Assembly: GCF_009914755.1 (NCBI RefSeq) | Contig: NC_060927.1 | Source of the DNA: the human T2T-CHM13v2.0 reference genome, Homo sapiens | Reading direction: 5' to 3' (one strand) | Length of the DNA stretch: 64,000 bases | In this document: one piece after another, positions 53,029 through 64,000 of the stretch | How the letters are laid out: each line of letters starts with the position of its first letter | How positions within the stretch are numbered: position 1 is the first letter of the stretch | Notes under the pieces: model-generated | What the model saw: only the letters and a program-made list of their open reading frames with translations | Database searches by the model: none | Told to the model about the DNA's origin: nothing | Translations under genes and position numbers: made by a program

Positions 53029-54295
53029 TCAGGCTCTATCTCACGACCTGCAAATAGTCTAACAAAGCCACCCCCTCAGCTAAGCATCTCCATGTGCAAG
53101 GCACAGCCACTTGGCTCCTTTCAGTCCTGAGGGCCCATGAGAGCAGCGTGGGTAAGAGCATAGGCTCTGGGTTCACAGCCCAGCCCTGCCCCTTCCTTCC
53201 TGTCCTCTCCGTGCCTGTGTCCCCCCACCATGGAATGGGTGTAACAAGTGAGGCTGTGGTGATGCCGAGTGCCTCAAACAAGGCACACACGTGAGGAGTT
53301 CTTGGTAGCGGTCAGCCATGGTTCTGACCTGCCACACCATGCAGAACTCAGAGGCCACTGACTTGTGTGAGGCCACAGCGCTGCTGAGGGCCAGAGCTGA
53401 GCACCATGCCCTCCTCGGTTGCACCCTCTGGCCCTTGTCTCCCTCTGCCACCACAGACAAAGATGGAGGGGACACTGAGCCATGCCTAGAAGATGCACAG
53501 GAGGTCTCCAACTGGAGATGGGCATGGGGGAAGAGGCTGTACCACAGAGGGGCAAGGCAAGTGTGTCTGCAATGGCCACGCTGCAGGGTGAAGCCAGGGA
53601 CAGGGTGGGTCCATAGGCCAGAGGTCCACATGACACTCTGAGCATGAGAGGTCGAGTCTAGCCTGGAAGACAGGAGAGCTGGTGGTCTGGGGTCCTGGGA
53701 ACCACTCTGGGGTTAGGGGACTGAGGGTCTGGTCGGAAAACCAAGACTCCTAAGCTAGAGGACTCTCAGGAGGCAGCAACAGGTACTTCCGCAGGGAGTT
53801 CGGGGTGATCCAGGTGTGGCCTGGGGCACCAGAACGTAACAGATGCCAACATTTAGAATGATTTGAACAGATTGGGCCAGATGCCTGTGACTCTGCTTCA
53901 CCAGGAATGCTTGTAAAGGCTGTGGATGACAGCCCCAGGCGGGGAGCAGCCCCAGAGCATGGGCATAAATGGTGGCAGGTTCCTACGGTTGACACTTGCA
54001 CAGCATAAAAAGAACAACCCACTGCTACAGGCAACACGAATGACTCTCAGAAGTGATATAGCGTGAAGCCAGGCACAAGGGCCGACAGGCGTATGATCCG
54101 TGGAGAAATGCAGACAGGGCGCCTTTGGGGAGATGAAGCGCATGGTAATTGGGGGAGGCCTGCCAGCGTCTGGGTGTCAGATCCAGGTGGTGGGTACACA
54201 GGTGTGTTCACTGTGTGGTAATTCATCAAGCCACACACCGATGACTCCTAAGTCATAGGTGTACTTCAGTAAATTTTAAAAAGTAAAAAAGATGT

Positions 54296-54634
<339 letters not shown>

Positions 54635-54949
54635 TCAAAGGCCCAGGCCTCCCCTTCAGCAAGGAGCCGCCCAGTGAGCTGCATGCCTGTCAGCAAGGTC
54701 TGCAGAAACGCAACAGGAGCCCTGCTTGTGTTGTCACCAAAGCTATCCCTGAACAATAGCAGCCCAAGACAGGGGTGGGGGGACTTAGGAATATTTCCAT
54801 TGCTGGTCCAAGCCCTTAAACACCAGAACACCTCTGGATGAAAGGGAGGGAAGACTCTGAAGGGGGCGGGCCATGGGCTGGGGCTCAGGTTGCTCCAGTG
54901 GGCCACTCACTGGCTCTGGGATCAAGTCCCCATCTAAACAGTAAGGACA

Positions 54950-56183
<1,234 letters not shown>

Positions 56184-56273
56184 TTAAAAATAATAAAATG
56201 AGGCCATAGCTGCAATCTTCAAGTGATGGGGAATATTAAAGAGAACAAATGCCTGACACATAGTAGATCCTAA

Positions 56274-56633
<360 letters not shown>

Positions 56634-56782
56634 CACACGTGCTTTTATTTGCTCAGCAGACCTTAACTAGCACCTACTGGGTGCCAGGCACAAGTCTAGG
56701 TGGTTGGACGTGGCACGGAACAGAGCAGACAAGGCCCTGCCCTCACAGCAAGGTGAAGCCAACAACAAGCATGAAAACCCTA

Positions 56783-57148
<366 letters not shown>

Positions 57149-59004
57149 GCAAACTTCTAGAGATAAATGCTAAGTGAAGAAAACAGAGAGGTGGAGCAGA
57201 ATGACAAGAAACACAGTAGAGACTGCTGGGTTCCCCCAACATCTACCCTTCCCTTTAGTGATGGAACCAATGGAGTTTAGCTTACACATCGCTTCCCAGC
57301 ACAATGGGGACCTTTCCCAGCTTCCCTGCAACTGGGTGTGGCCATGTGGCTGAGTTTTATCCAACTGGACACGAGCTGAGACAGGCTGACAGTCCTTCAG
57401 CCTGTCATTTGATCTAATCCCATGGTGTGAAGACATAAACTCTAAAACAGAGGCCCAACAAAGATAAAAACCCTGACTTGTCTTTAAAAAGAACTTTTTT
57501 TTTGTTATAAACATATGACACGAGCAGAGTGAGGTCTGCTAATTTCAGATCATGCCCTCCTCCCTTCCCGGTGGCTGGAATATAGATACGACAGTGGGAG
57601 CAAGAGCAGCCTCCTCAGACCACGAGGCAGAAACCCTGTACGAGGGTAACAGAGCAATGAGAAAGAAGGTGTCTGGGTCCCCAGCACAATGAGGCCTCCG
57701 TGCATGTACTGGACAGCTTGCACAGAGGCTGCCTGCATAGATAAAAATAATCTATTTTATTATCCTAGCCTTTGTTTCAACAGCTAGCCCAAATCCCAAT
57801 GAATATAAAGGTACTGCTTGGACTGGGTAGTCAAACAAGGTGACATTTTGAGCCGAGATCTCAATAAATAAGCAGGAGCCAGCCTTGGAAAGATCGAGAT
57901 AAAGAACATTCCAGGGAGAATCACCTAAGATCCAGATGCACAAGTCCAGAGGTAGAAACAGGTTTGGCCTGTCCCAAGGGCAAAAAACAGGCCAGGGTAG
58001 CTGATACCAGAAAGGTTGGCAGGGCCAGGTCCCACATGCAACTCGACTTCACTCTAAGTGCAACCAGAAGGGTGTTACAAGGAGTGAGAGGTCTGGTTTC
58101 CATGGGGACAGGATGCCAGTGAAAAGGGACTGAAGTGGAGGAGGAACAGAGACAGGGAGGCCATGAGGAGCTCCTGCAACAGTCCATGCATGAGAGGACA
58201 GAGGCTTGCACTAGTGGCAGCAGTGCAGGTGGAACAGAGGGACTTGGGAGACCTTTGGGAGGCTTGGCCAACAAGACCCACTGACAGATCAAACACAGGG
58301 AATGAGAGAAGAGGCCAAAGACGGCTGATGGTGCAGTTTCTGGCCTGAGTCACTGGATGTTTTGCAACTGAGGCCAACACTGACCACCAGACACTGTCCC
58401 CTTCTTCCTCACTAACAAGCTACTATTTTGTTCAGGATCCCTCCATAAAACCTAGTGTTCAAGCAGGGGCCCCTCCCCAGGACCAGAAGTTGAGTCTCCA
58501 TTAATTTCAGCCAATGGTCTCTGGGGTGGAGCCGGTGTGGAGCACTGCTCTAGTTTGACATGGCAACTGCTAGGGAATGGAGGACTGTGGATTTTTTTGT
58601 GTGCAGGGTCCAGGGCTGCCAAATGTCTGCAATGCATAGGACAGTCTGCCAAATGAGTAACTAACTGTCTTCCCCTACAGCTAGCATGCCCTGCAGAGTG
58701 GCTCTGGTCGAAGTCAAGAAGGGTGGCCCTTCTGCTCCTGGCCAGCAGTTGGTTGAGGCAAAGGCATGTGATGCCTCATGGGGGGATCTGTGCCTGTGTG
58801 GGGTGTCCAGAACTGTCTTCCTGCACCCCTGGAGGACTGGGCCACCACGCTGAGCATGCAGGAGCTTACAGCTGGAAGCGGGTGTGCAGCGCGCCTCCTG
58901 CATGACTTCTGGTGGCATGAGATAATAACTTGTAACTTTGAGTTGAGAGTATCAGTGACCTGATGAAGGAGGGAGATTCTACAGCCCTCTCCTCCCCACC
59001 CCAT

Positions 59005-59322
59005 TATTTATTTATTCATATATTTTTCAGACAAAGTCTCACTCTGTCACCCAGGCTAGAGTGCAGTGGTGCAATCTCAGCTCACTGCAACCTCTGCTTC
59101 CCAAGTTCAGCCTTCTGGGTTCAAGGAGTCTTCCCATCTCAGCCTCCCAAGTAGCTAGGATCACAAGTGTGCACCACCACACCTGGCTAATTTTTGTATT
59201 TTTAGTAGAGACAGGGTTTTGCCATGTTGGCCAGGCTGGTCTAGAACTCTGGACCTCAAGTGATCCACCTGCCTGAGCCTCCCAAAGTGCTGAGATTACA
59301 GGTGTGGGCCACCATGACCAGC
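59005..59322 (-). mobile_element. AluS
   Basis: Antisense full Alu. Confidence 0.88.
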
Positions 59323-60270
59323 TATCCCCACCCCTATTATAAAGCCAAGCCAGGCAGAGTGAACGCCTGGTCCTAGCAGCCCAGCACCAACTCTGACCCA
59401 GAATGGAATGTCACGCAGCCCCAAGACGGGCAGGGCCAGGGTGCAGGCCAGGCACCCAGCAGTCACCAGCAAGCTGAGAGGCCCCTTGAGGCACAGAGGC
59501 CAGTGGGGAGGAACAGGGGCAGGGAGTAGGAGAGTGGGGGAGTCAGGCAGAGTCCAGGGTATGGAGGGCGGGGTGGGCTTCTGGTTTTGCCTGCCCAGCA
59601 TCCAGGCTGCTGCCAGTTGGTAAGAGCACCGTTTTCCTGAGGTGGAAACTCAGCTCCCAGACTCTAGACTCTCTGGAAGTTTAGGGATGCGTGACTAACC
59701 CTTCACAACCCAGGGAATGCACCTGTGATCTAAGTCTGGCTAGTCAGGATGTTCCATCACCCTGGCCAATGAAAATCTGCCCTGAGGCTTTTGATCTAAA
59801 TTATTATTAGAATAAATTATTAGAGCAAAAGTCTCAGGGCAGATTCTCATTGACAATTGAGGAAACACTCTCTGCTGAGCTCAGTAAGTCAGGGCTGTAC
59901 CACCTTGACCTCACGCTCAGGTACCCGCCTCAGAGTAAAGCCGACGCGGAGGAGTGGAGAGCTGAGACACGGATGGAGACAGATCTTGATGAGCTCACTG
60001 GAGCCCCTGGATTCAGCCACATCCAAAGCCAGTCCTACCCGCTTGGACTTTTCAGTTATAAAACCCAACAAATCCCCTTTTCTGCCTAGGCCAGTTTGAG
60101 TCTGACTTCTCTAATTCACCAGTGAAAAACCTCCAGCTAACACAGATTTTGGAGTCAACAAGACGGGGCTGCACTGCTGGTTCTGCCACGTGCTTGCTGT
60201 GTGACCTGGGGTGAGTCACTCCCCCTCCAAGTATCATGGGGACAACATCTGCCTAATAAGGGTGCCGTAA

Positions 60271-60651
<381 letters not shown>

Positions 60652-61082
60652 TGAGCCCTGGCCTCCAACCCTGGGAGGGAGGTACTTATGTTATCCGCAT
60701 TGTGCACGTGGAGCTCAGAGGGGCAGCCACTTGCCAGGCCAGCAATCCAGGCTGTCTGTCTCCAGAGCCCAGGCCCCCAGTCAACAACTTGCCAGGTGCC
60801 CCTCTCCAGGCCTCGGCTTCTCCACCTGTGGGTCAAGAGCACCAGGCTTGTTCTAGAGCTATCTTCTCAGACCTGATGTGGGAAATACCCTGGTGTTGTT
60901 AACATGCAGATGCTGCTCCCAAGGGCAGGGGTAGGGCTGAACAGTCTGTGTTTCCCACAGGCTCCCAGGTGGTGCCCCTGCTGCTGCTACTTGATCCAGC
61001 AACCACACTGGGGTTATGGGGCTGCTGGCCATACCAGGATTGCCATTACGTATCAAAGCTTAGGAAATAACTGAAGCACTGA

Positions 61083-61385
<303 letters not shown>

Positions 61386-62389
61386 CGCACTGACTTTTAG
61401 TTAATAGGATGCACACTTCCTATGTGCAGACATGGTGCTCAGTGCTTTACACGTGGTGACACACTTAACAATGGCATCGCCTTCTAAGGGAGAGAGGACA
61501 ATTACTGTCCCCTTATACAGAGGAGAGGAGAGGCAGAGAAGGGGTCAGTCCTCAGCCTTCTCTACTTAGTTCTCTTAGACTGATGCTCCCAAGCACTGAC
61601 AAAGAAGTGGGAGGGGTTGGTCAGCTCACGATAGGGGCCTAAGGGTGGTGAGAAGGGGTGGTGAGAAGGGGTGGAGCCCAGGGGTGATTCTCAGAGGAGG
61701 AATTCCTGCGGTGCAGAGCACCCTGGGCAACCCCAGGCCTCCCAGGAACAGGGAAACTGGGACAGACTGTTTCTTCCACCTGGGAGGAGTCTCCCAGACT
61801 CACAACATTCCAGGGGCCTCTGCCTCCCTCCCTCCCACCCAGTTGAGGGACAGGATGCTGGCTAGGCTCAGGTCATGGTCACGCAATGCAGGACCCGCTG
61901 AGAACGACTGGGTAAGGCCTTCTCTCTCCTCTCTGGGACTCAGCTTTCCCTGCTCTCTCATCTGTGCAACAGGATTGACCAAACCCCACCCACAGCTACC
62001 GGATAGGAAACCCTGGGGAGAGGGGCCCTCAGTGCTTCCCACACCGACGGGTTGTTGAGCTTACAAACCCTAGGGCCTAAGGGTGGTGAGAAGGGGTGGA
62101 GCCCAGGGGTGACAAGGTGGGGAAGGCTCCATAGGGCAGAGGCCAAGTAAGTTACTTTGCTCTCCCCTGTTGTCCTTCGGCCTTGGGGCTGGCAGGCGTG
62201 TGGTCCCTGTCCTAAGCCGGAGACCCCAGTAAGATGGGGAGGCCTGGGCCCAATCTGACCTGCACCTTGCCCTCCCTGCTTGCCTTCCACCTGCTGAGCT
62301 GGTCCGTTCCTCAGGGCCTTTGGGCTGGCTCTCCCCCAGCTCTCTCCTGACACCTCCTCTGAGAAGCCTTCCCTTCTCAGCTGTCTCCA

Positions 62390-64000
62390 GCGCCCGAGCC
62401 GCGTCTGGGTATTTACTACTCTCTATCCCGGGAGTGCTCAGGACTCGGTCCCCTAGAACAAGGCCTGGCACGACACGAGCCCTCAACAGGTTGTTATGAC
62501 GGGAACAACTGAATCTCCAGCACCGCCAAGCCCCGCTGGGGACTGGACGACCCTGCGGCCCCTCCTCACTGCAGAGAAGAGGGCAAAGCCAGCCCCCACC
62601 TGCATTCCCCGAGTCCAGAGGGAGCGGAGGCTTCGACATGGCCCCCTCACGGGGCAGCAAAGCCCCGAACCGGCGGCAGGCTTGGCTCAGGAGCACCTCG
62701 GCCGCTGCGGGCAGCCACCGTGGGGCTGGAGCCCGTGCCGCCACCCCGCGCCGGACCGGGTCGCCGAGGTCCGGATCTCCACCCGCACTGCCTCCAGCCG
62801 GGGCCGAGCCCGACGCCGCTACGTGCGGCTCCCTCCCGGGCCTCGCGTGCCCCCGCGCCCCGAGCGACTCCCGACTGCCCGGCACCCCTCCCGTGGGTTC
62901 CCACATCCAGGGCCTTCCCTCCCAAACGCCGCCTTGGCCGTCCGAGCTGCGCCCGAGCGGAAATGGGCCGCTCGCGGAGCAAGGAGGGGAACGGCGGCTG
63001 GGCTTCCCGCCGGGGCGAGGGACGGGGCTCCCCCTCTAGCTGCGGCAGGAGACGGGGAGAAGGCCCCTCCTTACCTGACAGCCCGGGCCGCGCTCAGGAC
63101 CGGCCGCCCCGGCCGCCCCGGCCGCCCATCCGCCGCCACTGGGTGTGCGCGGATCCAGCACAGGCCGCGGGACTCCGGCCTCCAGCGCCAGACCAGGCGG
63201 CCTGGGCCGGGAAGCGTCGCGCAAGGACCGGGCGCGACCGGCTCCGTGGAATGAGGGCTAGGCAGGAAAGGCGAGGCGGGGTCAGCTCGCCGGGCCGCGG
63301 GTCTCGCGGACACCCTGCAGCCCTTCCCGACAGCGGCGACCGGGAAAGCAAGACCGTCTTTTTCGTCCAGCCCAAATTGCGAAAACGGCCACAGTCCCAC
63401 AAGTCCCAGAGTCCCAGAGTCCCTGTTATCACTCAGGCCCGCCCTCTAACCTCCAGCAGCCTGTAGGAATAAGTCATCACTGGGGGAAAAAAAAAAAAAA
63501 GTGGGAGAGACCAATCAAATTCCCAAGAGGCGGAGCAGCCCGCTGACCTCTTAAAGAGACAGCACAGAGGAGGTGCAGAGACAAGACGCTGCTTCACGGA
63601 AGAGAGAGGCCTGCGTTTCTCACTCGGAAAGCGGGCGGAATCGAAGACTGGAAAGCTGAGGACGCGCCACCTCTCGCCCTACGCGCCTTCCAGCTGGCAG
63701 CAGTTGTCAGTGGACCAGCTGGCGGCAGCCGCGCTCCACCTCCCGGCCTGGGCCGCGGCCGGACCGTCGGGGCGGAGCCTCCGGGGACCGCCCCCTCGCG
63801 TGCGGGCGCTTCGGGCGCCCTGCAGGGGTGACCTGGGGTCAGCTTGGGGGAAGGCGTGTCGGGGACCCTCCCCGGCGCCACGCGCTCCAGCCGCGCCACG
63901 CCGCAGGGCCGCCGCCTCCCAGCGCCCTGCTCCACGCGGCGCCGCCATGCCTCGGGCACTCCTCTTAGCAACCCTGCTAGGCAGTCATTATAGTCACCTT
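62390..64000. promoter_or_regulatory. CpG-island promoter of TPRA1 (GC boxes, CCAAT at ~63511, RFX half-site TAGCAAC at ~63966)
   Basis: Very high CpG/GC density around exon 1. Confidence 0.9.
63075..63300 (-). other. TPRA1: TPRA1 non-coding exon 1 (5' end/TSS approximate)
   Basis: Consensus donor TCAG|gtaagg at 63075/63074 inside the CpG island, upstream of exon 2. Confidence 0.75.

Noticed and set aside
62070-63971. Multiple 110-280-aa ORFs on both strands
   Set aside because: Stop-codon depletion expected in a CpG island; Arg/Pro/Gly/Ala-rich with no domain

Overview
Human (primate) genomic DNA, GC-rich and dense in Alu, L1, L2, MIR and LTR repeats, recognisable as the TPRA1 (GPR175) locus at 3q21.3. 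The right third holds the complete TPRA1 gene on the minus strand: a non-coding exon 1 in a CpG island near 63.1-63.3 kb, 10 coding exons (52811 down to 46186) that I spliced by hand into a 1122-nt, 373-aa 7TM ORF with GT-AG at every junction, an AATAAA at 45751, and the 5'-tailed mirtron MIR6825 in intron 9. The left ~45 kb is intergenic repeat-rich DNA with an orphan CpG island at ~20.2-20.9 kb. I found no credible new protein-coding system; almost all ORFs in the supplied track are chance, Alu-derived or low-complexity artefacts. The most interesting unexplained structures are: (i) an RGG-encoding uORF in frame with TPRA1, separated from it by one TGA; (ii) a regulatory cluster around symmetric exon 10 (mirtron upstream; CTCF with U-motif, a perfect NRF1 palindrome and a CA/GCAUG-rich tract downstream); (iii) a minisatellite apparently amplified from an L2 motif into an ETS-site array; (iv) a two-template insertion with junction microhomology; (v) a stop-free in-frame intron 4. 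Repeat family names are from memory of consensus sequences and need RepeatMasker/Dfam confirmation.
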